Program-made: the position numbers and the translations under genes
Notes under the pieces: model-generated
What the model was told of the DNA's origin: nothing
The model's input: the letters and a program-made list of their open reading frames with translations, nothing else
Databases searched by the model: none
In this document: piece after piece, positions 12,294 through 26,703 of the stretch
How the letters are laid out: every line of letters starts with the position of its first letter
Position numbering within the stretch: the stretch's first letter is position 1
Assembly (NCBI GenBank): GCA_964016885.1
Contig: OZ024755.1
Span: forward strand, 8,990,001-9,054,000
Direction: 5' to 3'
Length of the DNA: 64,000 nt
Source: Eledone cirrhosa
Taxonomy: Eukaryota

Positions 12294-14238
12294 CATATAT
12301 TTATATTTATATATATATATATATATAAATATATATATATATATGTATATATGGGCCAGTTGACGCGACGGTTTTAATAACTGCTAGAGTGTGCACTTTA
12401 TTGATTGGCTTGACATTTGGCGAAAAATACCATTAAGTTGGCGAGTGCTTGTTAGGCATGACTCGGCAAAGACTTCACTTGTATCATCTATTAGAGGGAA
12501 AGATGTTTTTGTGTGTACACGTGTGTATGTATGTATGTATATATCTATACATATCTCTATCTTTCTATATGTCTGTATGTATGTCTTTCTATTATCATCG
12601 TCTCTTTCCCGCTCTCTCTCTTTCTCTCTTTTTACAGACACTTACACAGAAAATGTATGTGTGTGTGTGTGCGTGTGTGTCAGAGAGAGAGAGAGAGATT
12701 GAGATAGAAGCAACCTTAGTGCTGGATTAGTAATTTATTTATTAACCTCGAATGGTTTAAAGTAAAGTTGACTTCGGTGGGATTTGAACTCAGAGAGCGA
12801 TAGGCCGGAACAAACAACGAGGTATTTTTAATTCGGCACCTACGATTCTGCCAATTCACCGCCTTAGATTACATATACAGTTGACTGTATATGATAAGCT
12901 TGAGCAAAGTAAATTAAAGTGTCTTTCTTAAGGAAACAAAGTGCCGCCGTGTATCGAACTAAGAACCTTATAACTGTGAGCTAAATACTCTAATCACTAA
13001 GCCACACGCCTTCATCGTAATTATAAAATGCTATTATTCAACTCAATCTACCATCCAGCCAGTCGGAAGTTTCAGCCGAAATTCATTGCCTACTCTCAAA
13101 TAAATTACGCAATGACTGCAATCAAATATAATTTGTCCGTTCTTTTGAAATACGAAAGAGAATTTAATATGTCTTGTGTTATTCTTGACCGAAGACATGT
13201 TTTTCATCGCTAGAGAAAATGTTTGTTCAGCAGGAGCAGATGTTGTAGGATTTACTAGTAATCGTTGGCAAATTATACAAATCTCTTCTATTTGGTACTT
13301 ATCATCAGCTGTTTTTTCATTCAGGTGATCTACAGTATCAAAACGGAAAGGGCCCGATCGTCAGATCGGACCAAGGAAACAATATTTCAATCGGTCCTTA
13401 TGTTACTGATATTGTAGCCATTAGTATGTTAGATTAGAAGTGTTTTAGCATTTTTCCGGCTCACTGCATTCAGAGTTCAAGTCCCAGTGAGGTCAACTTT
13501 TCCTTTCATCCTTTCGAGGTCGATAAATAAAATACCAGTCAAGTGCGTTGGATGATTCTTCCCATATTTCTCTTTATCTCTGTCCGTACTTAAAGATAGA
13601 TGGACTCCGCCGGGATTAAAATGTCTAAGACAAGCCTTATGTCCATATGTCAGCCCTACGACTCCACCTTCCATTCCTTTCATTTCCAATCGTGTTACCG
13701 ATGGAAATACAGCTTACACAATTCCCATTTCCATTTTTCCAGTAATCTTTAACTTTTGTGTTAATAAATGTTCTGACATCCACACAAATATCATTTTAGA
13801 GGTTGTCAAATGAATCATCATTTTTCACTTGTTTAAAAATATTTTTAGTAATTCCAGCCATCTGTCCATATTTTAATAACATTGTAACAGCATGTAGTCA
13901 CTTTGATAAATTGTTTGCATACGAGTGCAAGAGTTGGTCGTAATTTAGAAGAAGAAATTAAATGCAACCATCTGAGCCCGTCATCCAGTTATATTTTTCC
14001 AAACATTAGCATCCATATGAGATTCTATACATTCTAGCCAACATTCGAATAGAACAAAATAATTATCAAGAACTCATTTAAGCAAGCATCATATAACGTC
14101 CAATGTTAACCCTTTCGTACCAGTAATGCACTGAGTAATTGTTGGCCTTGTGTCAAAAGTAGAAACAATTATTATCAAAAGGTCCCAAGGCCCTCCTAAA
14201 CAAACATATTTTTCTTACTCTTTATTGAAACTTCTTAC

Positions 14239-14447
14239 TTAACCCTTTCATGACTACATTCCGTATGAAGTGCATGTTATTTCGATTGAATAATGAAGAA
14301 TTTTGAGGGACTTACTATACTTATGAATTATTTCATAGTTAAGATAGAAACTTACCATATGTTAAGGATTTAACTTTTAGTTTGAACCTTTTAAAATAGA
14401 TCATTTTGTTTTATAGAACCAGAGTCGGTTGGTATCAAAAGGTTTAA
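14239..14447. mobile_element. piggyBac-like MITE family P1
   Basis: TTAACCCTTT...GGTATCAAAAGGTTTAA. Confidence 0.7.
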
Positions 14448-14623
14448 GATAACACCAGGCGTCAATTTTTTCCAGACTCTTCCATGTATTAGTTTTGTAT
14501 TCAACCCGGATGTACTTAAAGAAAACAAAAAAGTGATGATTATGGCTGGAGTGTCTTTGATCATAGATCTTCTCGATGGGGTTAAGCAAAATTTATATTC
14601 TCTCTCGGCCTGTCTTTCTCTCA

Positions 14624-14722
<99 letters not shown>

Positions 14723-14803
14723 TATCTATGTGTGTGCGTAAATAAATAATAAGTATACATATATGCGTGTGTATATGTATATGTGTATATATATATACAC
14801 ATA

Positions 14804-14839
<36 letters not shown>

Positions 14840-14841
<2 letters not shown>

Positions 14842-15037
14842 AGAGTTTTAAAAATGTCACTGAAATATTAATTTATTAATTGAATGAGTTCTCGTTACGA
14901 GGAAGCAGGTAAGCAGAGTGTAAAATTTATGTTCTGGGTAAAAAAGTAGCAGTGATTTCGAAGTTTTCAATCTTATTGCTTCATGAATTAACAAAGCTGA
15001 AACTTCGAAATCATTGCTATATTTTTCTTCAGAATAT
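14840..15037 (-). mobile_element. Degenerate fold-back insertion in (TA)n
   Basis: ~38-bp imperfect IR 14929-14966/15000-15037; minus strand has CGAAA and ATAAATTTTACACTCT..GTAACGAGAACTC, resembling the shared 3' motif. Confidence 0.5.
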
Positions 15038-15042
15038 ATATA

Positions 15043-15138
15043 CAGGGTGTCCTAAAAATTGTATACAGACTTTGATTACCTGTACAGGCAATACTTATTA
15101 GAATGTTGTTGAAGTGATTACACATATTTTGGGGACCC

Positions 15139-15141
<3 letters not shown>
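15043..15141. mobile_element. 99-bp Tc1/mariner-type MITE
   Basis: TA|CAGGGTGTCCTAAAA...TTTTGGGGACCCCTG|TA; TA target site and CAGGG TIRs. Confidence 0.75.
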
Positions 15142-15172
<31 letters not shown>

Positions 15173-15176
<4 letters not shown>

Positions 15177-15215
15177 AGTCGGACCAGACGGCTGAGCTCT
15201 TGCCGTTTCAACAGC

Positions 15216-15247
<32 letters not shown>

Positions 15248-15383
15248 ACAAAGGAATTGTGGTAAGGAACCAGATGGACCATAACGCACCAGAGTAATTA
15301 ATACTTAGGATAGTAGAGTGGAAAATAGGAAAAAGTATGACCCCGACGGCAGAGCTCAAGCCGTTTCAACGGTCATACTTTTT

Positions 15384-15388
<5 letters not shown>
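15173..15388 (-). mobile_element. Family X hammerhead-half fold-back element (short fragment 15173-15217 plus main copy 15247-15388)
   Basis: Minus strand GAAAC-GGC-ttGAGCTCt-GCC-GTC (stem III + GUC); 18-bp IR 15325-15342/15371-15388; homologous to copies at 31741, 33984 and 56371. Confidence 0.8.
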
Positions 15389-15469
<81 letters not shown>

Positions 15470-15556
15470 TGTGTATATATATATATATTGAAAATTAGAT
15501 AAATTGATACGTTTGGTTGGTTATTTATTGATGGGTAGGTGGGTAGATGAGTAGGT

Positions 15557-15598
<42 letters not shown>

Positions 15599-16178
15599 AT
15601 ATAGGTAGGTAGATACGTAGGTAGATAGATAGGTAGGTTGGTAGATAGGTAAGTAGATAGGTAGGTAGGTAGGTAGGTAGGTAGGTAGGTAGGTAGGTAG
15701 GTAGGTAGGTAGGTAGGTATAAAATCTAAGTGCGGTGCGAGGGGGTAAGCGTGTACATATGTACGTTCTTGTGTTCTTGTGTACATAAACGCGTGGAGAG
15801 GAAGAAAATGAGACAAAAGATAACAAATTAAATAAACACGAAGCAATTGGCAAGTCTCCAGCTGAGAGAACTAGAGAACCATTTCCCAAGACTTTAGTTT
15901 ATTTAATAGCCAGATGGGAACTACTACTTGCTACTACGTGTCTAATGGAAATGCAATCATTAACGATCAGAAATTAACTGCCTTGACTTCAGTTCCTTTT
16001 CTCCTCTTTCGACCGTCCATGATATCTTCTTCACTGTTTCGTGTTTCGTATTTCGTATTTCGTGTTTCGTATTTTCGTGTGATCTTTTACTAAACTATTC
16101 GGTCGGTAGGAGTTATCTATATGTATATATGTATGTATATGTATGTATATGTATGTATGTATGTTTGTATTATGTATG

Positions 16179-16214
<36 letters not shown>

Positions 16215-16319
16215 TGTATGTATGTATGTATGTATGTATGTATGTATAAATGTGTGTCTGTATGTGTATGTGAGTGTATGTCTATGTGTGATAGATAGAT
16301 AAATAGACAAAGAAATAGA

Positions 16320-16403
<84 letters not shown>

Positions 16404-16493
16404 CACATACACACACAGACAGATCGATCGAGGGGTAGATAGACAAACATATATATACATATATACATATATATACATATATATGTGTACATA

Positions 16494-17325
<832 letters not shown>

Positions 17326-17329
17326 TATA

Positions 17330-17522
17330 GGGCGGTGGATTGGCAGTATCGGTAGAGGGTCGGGACGCCATGCTTTGAAGCATAGAGTTACCTCCCTTTA
17401 TGATCTGAGTTCAAATCCCGCCGAGGTTAACTTTGCCTTTCATCCTTACGGGGTCGATAAAATAAAGTACCAGTAATACACTGGGATAATTGCTGGCCTT
17501 GTGCCAAAAGTGGAAACAATTA
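17330..17522 (+). mobile_element. SINE family A, full length
   Basis: GGCGGTGGATTGGCAGTATCGGT...GAGTTCAAATCCCGCCGAGGTTAACTTTGCCTTTCATCCTTACGGGGTCGATAAAATAAAGTACCAG...GGCCTTGTGCCAAAAGTGGAAACAATT. Confidence 0.9.
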
Positions 17523-17763
17523 TTATTGTTATTGTCGTTGATGTTATTGTTTTGTGATTTTGTCCAGGATATGTCGGGCTTATGTGGTTGAAGTCACCTA
17601 AGTTTTACTTACGGAAGATGTGGTTGCCCCCATGAAGTATATATTGGTTGGTATCAAAGTAGAAATATAAGATTATCTTGTCTCGATTTCATTAACGGGT
17701 TGCCATCCCTGTATGGTCGGGTAACCCAACATTTTGTTAATCTTTTCATATCTTTATATTATG

Positions 17764-18092
17764 TTATTCTATTATTCTATTATTCTATCATGTGTTCCAG
17801 CCGAGAGGCTGAGGCCATGCTGGAGCACCACCACCACTGCTACACTTTCTATAGCTAGCCTTCCATGGTTGGCCATTGGTGCAAAAGGGAGTTTGTTGCG
17901 AGTTTGTTGCTGTTGCTCTTATTTGTGCTTCGCCTCGTGCTGTGGGTTTACCTGGAATCTTGGTTAGTAGAAAGTTGAGATGTCTCTTTGAAACATCTAC
18001 AAGAACACCATGTAGATCTCTCAGGTTCTTTGGCAGCTTATTAAAACGCTGGCGTCCCTTGAACCCTAGGATATTGCAATATGTGGTCCTGT
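17764..18092 (-). mobile_element. CR1/L2-type LINE 3' fragment
   Basis: YRTTYCNILGFKGRQRFNKLPKNLRDLHGVLVDVSKRHLNFLLTKIPGKPT resembles the CR1-group ORF2 C-terminus (FNxLPxxLR...FKxxLDxFL..PDxP); short (TAGAATAA)n tail. Confidence 0.75.
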
Positions 18093-18338
18093 AGAGCGTT
18101 GGATAAATGTTTAGTGGCATTTGTTCTGAGTCTTTACTGTCTAAGTTCAAATCCCGCGAAGGTCAACTTTGCGTTCCATCATTCTGATGTTAATAAAATA
18201 ATGTAGTACCAGTTTTGTACTGGGGTAGATATAATCTACTGATGATGATGAGATGATGATGATGATGAGGAGGGGGATAATGACGATTATCATAGCGATG
18301 ATGATGAAAATTATGACGATAATGATGATGATGACGAC

Positions 18339-18372
<34 letters not shown>

Positions 18373-18390
18373 GTAAGAATAATGACGATA

Positions 18391-18434
<44 letters not shown>

Positions 18435-18955
18435 AATAATGATGATGATGAGGATAATGACGATAATGATGATAATGATGATGATGATGATGATGACAGT
18501 TATATCTTCCATCTATTATCGAATAAATAAAACAATATCTCAAACAGTTTTATACTCTGTAAGTTGTTGTATCACCGGAAATAATCGCCATTTTGTAAAT
18601 ATTGGTGTAACATTTCTCCAACTTAGACTCATGTCTTAATTACATTGGCTTAAATAATAAAACAAAACGAAAAATAAACGATTGATAAATGTCTACATTT
18701 ACTCACATATACAAACACACACACACACACATACATAGAAAGGCACTTAGGGACAAATGCACAGACACATACACACACATACACACACACACATGTGCTT
18801 ATGCATATATATATATATATATTTATATGTATACCGACATATGTGCGTATGTATGTGTATATATATATATACGTGTGTGTGAGGGTATTTGTATATCTAC
18901 CTACGTATCCACTTATCTCTCTCTCTATATATATATGTGTGTGTTTATTTATATG

Positions 18956-18986
<31 letters not shown>

Positions 18987-19036
18987 GCCTATATAAATAT
19001 GCCTATATATCTGCCTATATAAATACATGCACACGC

Positions 19037-19070
<34 letters not shown>

Positions 19071-19377
19071 GTGTGTGTGTGTGTGTGTGTATGCATGTAT
19101 TTATATAAGCATATATAACATTTGAGACTTTTGTATTTAAACATTAAACGCCAGGGGATCTCCACAATTATATAAAAGAGCCTTCAAATCCCCAACCTGT
19201 ATGATGGTCCTATAATACTCCTCAAGGGAGTTAACCACAGGAAATGGAATCAGATTTCCTCTTGGTCCTTTCATTAAATCTTTCTATTTGCAGTAATTAA
19301 TTATATTGTCATTACTTTTTTCTATAAATATACATGTATACATATACATTCCCCTGATATACGTTCCCCTTATATAA

Positions 19378-19875
19378 TTCTTCTTCTTCTTCTTCTTCTT
19401 CTTCTTCTTCTTCTTCTTCTTCTTCTTCTTCTTCTTCTTCTTCTTCTTCTTCTTCTTCTTCTTCTTCTTCTTCTTCTTCTTCTCAGTCTTCGTCTTCGAT
19501 GCAGCTCAAAGATGTTCATTCCAATGTCATCTTGCATACAAGACCTTATTCCTGAGAGGGTCGTGGGGGCAGAATCCTCAAACACTCCTTCTAGCAGGTC
19601 CTGTCAAAAGCAACAGTCTCCAAGTGATCCGGCTGGATCCCCAAGCGAAACCAGCCAAGATCTTGGGTGTTATCCATCCATCTTGCTCAGGGTCTACCCC
19701 TGTGTCTCCTGTCGGATGGTTTTGCCTGTAAAATATGTCCAGCAATTCTTTCCTGAGACATTCTAACCACATGTCCCTAGCATCGGAGCTGTGATCTCTC
19801 AATTCGGAGAGGTAGTGTCTCTACCTGGAGTGACTCTACTTGGAGTGACTCTCTGATCTTTCTATTTTCAGAAAT
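19378..19875 (-). mobile_element. RTE-clade (Expander/Rex3-like) LINE 3' fragment with (GAA)n tail
   Basis: Manual translation: RIERSQLRC*GHVVRMSQERIAGHILQAKPSDRRHRGRP*ARWMD..LGWFRLGI...LRILPPRP, stop at 19546-19548; internal stops; (TTC)n at 19378-19482 is the tail. Confidence 0.88.
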
Positions 19876-19889
19876 TAGTTATATTGTCA

Positions 19890-20338
19890 CTATTTATTTA
19901 AAGAATCTCCCAGCCACACTCCACTCTCCTTGCTACTAATAAATAAATACCCCAGCCACACTCCACTCTCTTTGCAACTACTTAATAAATCTCCCAGCCA
20001 CACTCCACTCTCCTTGCTACTAATAAATAAATATCCCAGCCACACTCCACTCTCTTTGCAACTACTTAATAAATCTCCCAGCCTCACTCCACTCTTTACA
20101 ACTACTTAATAAATCTCCCAGCCATACTCCACTCTCCTTGCAACTACTTAATAAATCTCCCAGCCACACTCCACTCTTTGCAACTACTTAATAAATCTCC
20201 CAGCCATACTCCACTCTCCTTGCAACTACTTAATAAATCTCCCAGCCACACTCCACTCTCCTTGCTGCTACTTAATAAATCTCCCAGCCACACTCCACTC
20301 TCCTTGCTGCTACTTAATAAATCTCCCAGCCACACTCC
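19890..20338. repeat. 42-bp minisatellite, ~10-11 copies
   Basis: Unit ACTACTTAATAAATCTCCCAGCCACACTCCACTCTCCTTGCA, with some shorter variants. Confidence 0.92.
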
Positions 20339-20917
20339 AGAACGTTCGTTTTCCTCTTTCTTAGATACATCAACTTGATGCATCTGACGGACTTCCAAAA
20401 TTCTCTCAACTGTATTACATTTCAAATGTTTCCATCCTTCTACATCTTGGGCGTTAGCTTATATCTTCCTCCTCCTCCCCCTCCTCTTCCTCCTCCTCCT
20501 GCACCACCACCACCACCACCACCACCACCACCACCACCACCACCACCACCACTACCACCTTCTTCTTTTTCTTCTTCTGTGTCTTCTTCCTCTTCGTCTT
20601 CTTCTTCTCCTCCTCCTCTTCCCCCTTCCTCCTCCTTCTTCTTCTTCTTCTTCTTCTTCTTTTTGTCCCCCCTCCCCCTCTTTATTCTTCTTTTCACCTC
20701 TTGCTTCTTTCTTTTCCTTAATTTCACCGCAGAAATTTGTCATTTGTTTTGTAAATTACTTTTAGTATCACAGTCGACATTTTACGTTCTGTCTTAAAAT
20801 ACGATGTAAATATCAGGAGGTTTTTTTTTTTTTTGGCGGTGACGTACACGACAGCTCCCTGGTAGCCGAACAGGTGAATTTGATGAAGTATGGAGGTATT
20901 TATATGACAAAACAGAA

Positions 20918-21210
20918 GGCGGCAAATTTAGCAGAACCCTTATGGCGTCATATGGAATGTTGCGTGGTATTCATTTTAGCTCTCTGCTTTCTGTGTTCGA
21001 ATCCCAGGGATTTTAGCTGAACCCTTATGGCGTCAGATGGAATGTTGCGTGGTATTCATTTTAGCTCTCTGCTTTCTGTGTTCGAATCCCAGGGATTTTA
21101 GCTGAACCCTTATGGCGTCAGATGGAATGTTGTGTGGTAATTATTCCGTTTCTCTGAGTTCAAATCCTGCGGAGGCTAACTTGCGTTTCGTATTTCGGAG
21201 TCCTTAATAA
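20918..21210 (+). mobile_element. SINE with tandemly triplicated tRNA-like head (85-bp period)
   Basis: TTTAGC(A/T)GAACCCTTATGGCGTCA at 20927, 21012 and 21097, each followed by GTTCGAATCC or GTTCAAATCC; SINE body follows the third copy. Confidence 0.75.
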
Positions 21211-21345
21211 AGCGCTCCACTCTATTTTTGACTATACTCATTAAAGTGTATATTTTGTTACACTTCCATCATTTCCATACATTATACCTAACATCCATAA
21301 TGCCTTAGGATATTGTAATTCATTAATTCAATTCCTACGTGTCTT

Positions 21346-21410
<65 letters not shown>

Positions 21411-21595
21411 ACTACGGATATTACCTTCCAGTGTTCTACCACTATATATATATATATATATATATGATATATTTGTGTGTGGGTGTATATATATATATAT
21501 GTATATATAATACATATACATATATAATATATGTACACACACACACACCTAAATACATAAATACATACATACTGACAGATATAGAGATAGACAGA

Positions 21596-22080
21596 CATGG
21601 ATACATCAAGAGCATATATATGCAGTAACGTCTTTATGAAGTCATGTATACACGCATATATGCATATATACAGACAGACAGACAAATATACAGACGTACA
21701 TAGATACATCAAGAGCATATATATGCAGTAATGTCTTTATGAAGTCATGTATACACGCATATATGCATATATACAGACAAACAGACAAATATACAGACGT
21801 ACATAGATACATCAAGAGCATATATATGCAGTAATGTCTTTATGAAGTCATGTATACACGCATATATGCATATATACAGACAAACAGACAAATATACAGA
21901 CGTACATAGATACATCAAGAGCATATATATGCAGTAACGTCTTTATGAAGTCATGTATACACGCATATATGCATATATACAGACAGACAGACAAATATAC
22001 AGACGTACATAGATACATCAAGAGAATATATATATGCAGTAACATCTTTATGAAGTCATGTATACACGCATATATGCATA
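21596..22080. repeat. 103-bp tandem repeat, ~4.7 near-identical copies
   Basis: CAT(A/G)GATACATCAAGAG at 21596, 21699, 21802, 21905 and 22008. Confidence 0.92.
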
Positions 22081-22317
22081 CATGCATAGGTAAACAAATA
22101 TGTATATAAAGCCAGATGTCAAAATATAAAGAAATTGTTTACATTCCAGAGTATGCTGCAGTAATATGTTTTATCTATTCGTTTATATTCACAGATTAAT
22201 GTTCTTAGTGACCGAGCATCTATATAACTGCATGTGTAAATAGAGTCTTTGTAGGCACACTCATACACCAGCATATCTGCACATATGTATGTATGTATAT
22301 ACACACACATACACAGA

Positions 22318-22404
<87 letters not shown>

Positions 22405-22411
22405 ACATATA

Positions 22412-22484
<73 letters not shown>

Positions 22485-22539
22485 GTATATATATATATAC
22501 ATATGAATATATATTTTTATATATATATGTGTACATATA

Positions 22540-22592
<53 letters not shown>

Positions 22593-22623
22593 GTGTGTGT
22601 GTGTGTGAATATGAATATGAATA

Positions 22624-22698
<75 letters not shown>

Positions 22699-23970
22699 TA
22701 GAGAGATAATGGTCGTATGTAACTTTTGAGTAAAACACATTTTAGTGTAAATATATCTTTATAAGTGAGCTCTTCCAGATGTGTGAGTGTGTCTCATTTT
22801 CAATCGTCTTCAACTTAGTATTAATGTACCAGTATTTATTTTAACGTTTGTTTCCATCCATGCAATACGTAAGGCAATGGGTTTCTGTTTGCTTCCGTTT
22901 AATAAATACAAGCTCGGCCACTGATGACTGCTGGGAATAAAAGAACCGACAGAGATTTGCCTTTAAAGTTTTAAAACTCCATTCTGTTTAGACATTACAC
23001 TTACTCCAGCTTGGTTTATGTCTATGAACTGAAACGAAACAAAGGCGAATAACTGTAAAGAATTATGTGCTCCCCTAAAAAAATTGAGACTTGTTTTCAC
23101 GTTAACGTTAACACACGTACAGGGTGAAGACTCCCTCCCCTTGGGTCGCGTATGACCATGGGATTTACACCTAGAAAGTCCCCTCCCATTTCAAGGTACA
23201 AGCCCGAGTAATGTGTTTTTATAGCAATCTGGAAGGAGCGTAATTATAACCGTGAAGATTCATTTAAATAAAAGTAGTCCTTGGTAAGTGAAATGTTGGC
23301 ATCCACTGACTTAGAATCAGTGCAATTTATGTGTTATAGGTGACATCGTCTTTTGTCGTTGTTTTGTTTTAATAGTATATTTACTTTTCTACCTGAATTT
23401 ACTTTTCTATTCTGAATCTGGCTGGACTTCAGATACATGGAAAGGAACTTAACTAAATATTATAAAAAAAGTTTTACCTGGTGTTAACAACGTTTATATA
23501 ACTAACCTGTCTTCGGATACACATATATCTACAAGCAATTATATTTGGGACTAAACAACAACAACAACAACAGCTATCTAACTACGTATGTATATACATA
23601 CCCAAACAAACACAGACACACACACATACATAAACACATACATACACACACACATAGACACACACGTCTACACACAGACAGACACACACGTCTACACACA
23701 CGTTTACACAAACATAGAAATATGTCTAAAAATTGCTGTATGTTATTTCTTTATGTTGATGATGGCGGTGGTGGTGGTGGTGAGGATAGTGTTGAAAAGT
23801 ATATATATGTATATATATATAAGTATATATATGTGTGTGTGTGTCTGAATATGTTCTTGTGTAAAAAAGCAACAGGCAGCGGCTTACATACATCAACCCT
23901 GTCTTTACAATGAAAAAGACAATAACAAGAGCATCAACCGCAAAAGCAGTAACATCAAGACAAAATATGC

Positions 23971-24076
<106 letters not shown>

Positions 24077-24164
24077 GCATATGTATGTATATATATATAT
24101 ATACGCATATGTATATATATATATATATATATATACGCATATGTATGTATATATATATATACGC

Positions 24165-24200
<36 letters not shown>

Positions 24201-24293
24201 GCATAAATATATACATAAATATCTACATATATGACATACATATATATATATGTGTGCGTGTGTGTATGTATAATATATATATATATGTATACA

Positions 24294-24441
<148 letters not shown>

Positions 24442-24908
24442 AATTTATGTGGCGCAACGAAAGATGAGTGGTTTAGGGTGGGTGTGCAGGCAGATTGGAG
24501 TAAAAAACAAAAACCGTTGTGGTAAGAGTTCTAATTAGATCTGACAGGTTAGGTAGATCTATCGAGGACTTACACACACTTCTATGAGAAATCCTTCCTT
24601 ATGGGTAGCTTAGTTAATGGTGGAAACTAAGAGAATGTACTGTCATGTCAAGGAAACGTCTTGTAAGACTTACTTATACACCCAACCACACACGTAAATA
24701 CATAAATGCATACTTACATACATACATACATAGTACATACATACATACATACATACATACATACATACATACATACTTACATACATACATACGTACATAC
24801 GTACATACGTACATACATACATACATGCATGCATACATACATACATACATGCATATATACATACATATATAATACATACATATATAATACATACATATTA
24901 CATACATA

Positions 24909-24946
<38 letters not shown>

Positions 24947-25576
24947 CATACATATATAATACATAAATGCATACTTACATACATAGATAGATAAATGCAT
25001 GCATGTATGCATACATACATAATACATATATACATACATTCATGCATATATACATACATATATAATACATACATATATAAATTATACATACCTATTACAT
25101 ACATACATAATACATACATACATATACATACATGCATACATAAATACATGCATACATACATACATAATACATACATACATATACATACATGCATACATAA
25201 ATACATACATACATACATACATACATCATACATAAATACATGCATACATATATACATACATACATACATACATTCACATTCAAACATACAAACACACTCA
25301 TATATACACCTATCCACATACACAGTCATACACAATCGCATATACAGCCAACCGTACACATATTCACACATATTCAGACACAGATCTACACATATTTACA
25401 CATACCTCCACACATGTACATACACACATATGTCTATTTTTGATCTTCATGTCATTTCGTAGCCCCTAAAAATGTTTATGTGTGTTTCAACATTGTACAT
25501 AGCTACAATATTTCTCTTGTTCTTTATAAATTAGTATGCTATATATTTTTTTTCCTTTTACATACATGAATCACCC

Positions 25577-25679
<103 letters not shown>

Positions 25680-25798
25680 GGGGGGGTATCCAGGGGTGTA
25701 ACGTGATTACATAGTCGGGCTAGATCGATACAGATCGAACCTTGAGCTGATCAGTGTTGAAACGCGCACCACCAACCAATAAGCGTAATTTATTTTAC

Positions 25799-25865
<67 letters not shown>

Positions 25866-25890
25866 GTATATATATGTATATATATATATG

Positions 25891-26000
<110 letters not shown>

Positions 26001-26004
26001 TATA

Positions 26005-26321
26005 TGTATCAGTAGAGGGGATATTTAATTTGTTAGAAATTCAACAAATATAAATGTTTATAACTGATTCAGAGCACTCGACAAATTTCTGGAGTAAATA
26101 TTCAATGATATTAAATAAATGGAAACTATATTTATAAAACCATATTTAGTATCAGTTGATACCCACGGAAAATTCAACTGATAAGGTCTGTTTCCATGGC
26201 TATGTCAAAATTTATAAAACACACTTTGTATTTTATCTGATGAGAGCGTACCAAAGTTTTTGGTACCCTTGAAATATATATAATAGAATAAATATGGTTT
26301 TATAAATATAGTTTCCATTTA
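26005..26321 (+). mobile_element. Fold-back PLE pLTR-like insertion in (TA)n
   Basis: 33-bp perfect IR 26116-26148/26289-26321 enclosing a hammerhead; both ends abut (TA)n. Confidence 0.8.
26229..26290 (+). ncRNA. Minimal type-I hammerhead ribozyme
   Basis: Stem I TATTTTAT/ATAGAATA; CTGATGA 26237-26243; stem II GTACCAAA/TTTGGTAC; GAAA 26271-26274; palindromic TATATA; UA with predicted cleavage after 26282. Confidence 0.85.
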
Positions 26322-26339
26322 TGTATATATATATATATG

Positions 26340-26447
<108 letters not shown>

Positions 26448-26511
26448 TGTGTGTGTGTGTGTATGATGTATATATATATATTCTCTTTTTATTTTCTAAT
26501 TTCTGAACACT

Positions 26512-26600
26512 TGTACTCTTGATGATTGAATAACGTCCGATACGTCGAAATCTTTTTCTCTCTTTCCCCCAAAGCGTGAAACTAATAAGTCTAATTGTTT
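26512..26600 (+). mobile_element. Family Y degenerate hammerhead element
   Basis: TTGATGA..GTCCGATACGTC..AAGCGTGAAACTAATA; homologous to 35372 and 50246. Confidence 0.55.
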
Positions 26601-26629
26601 TTGTACCTCTATGTTAGTCAATTTTTTAA

Positions 26630-26703
<74 letters not shown>

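Noticed and set aside
19890-20338. CRISPR-like appearance of the 42-bp array (also the 20-bp array at 44051)
   Set aside because: Head-to-tail units with no unique spacers, eukaryotic context and no cas genes
22921-22950. CTGATGA as a hammerhead box (also near 39270, 45047 and 57887)
   Set aside because: No stem II followed by GAAA..UH
25745-25775. GAAACGCGCA as a hammerhead 3' half
   Set aside because: U16.1 is missing and there is no acceptable CUGANGA/stem II upstream
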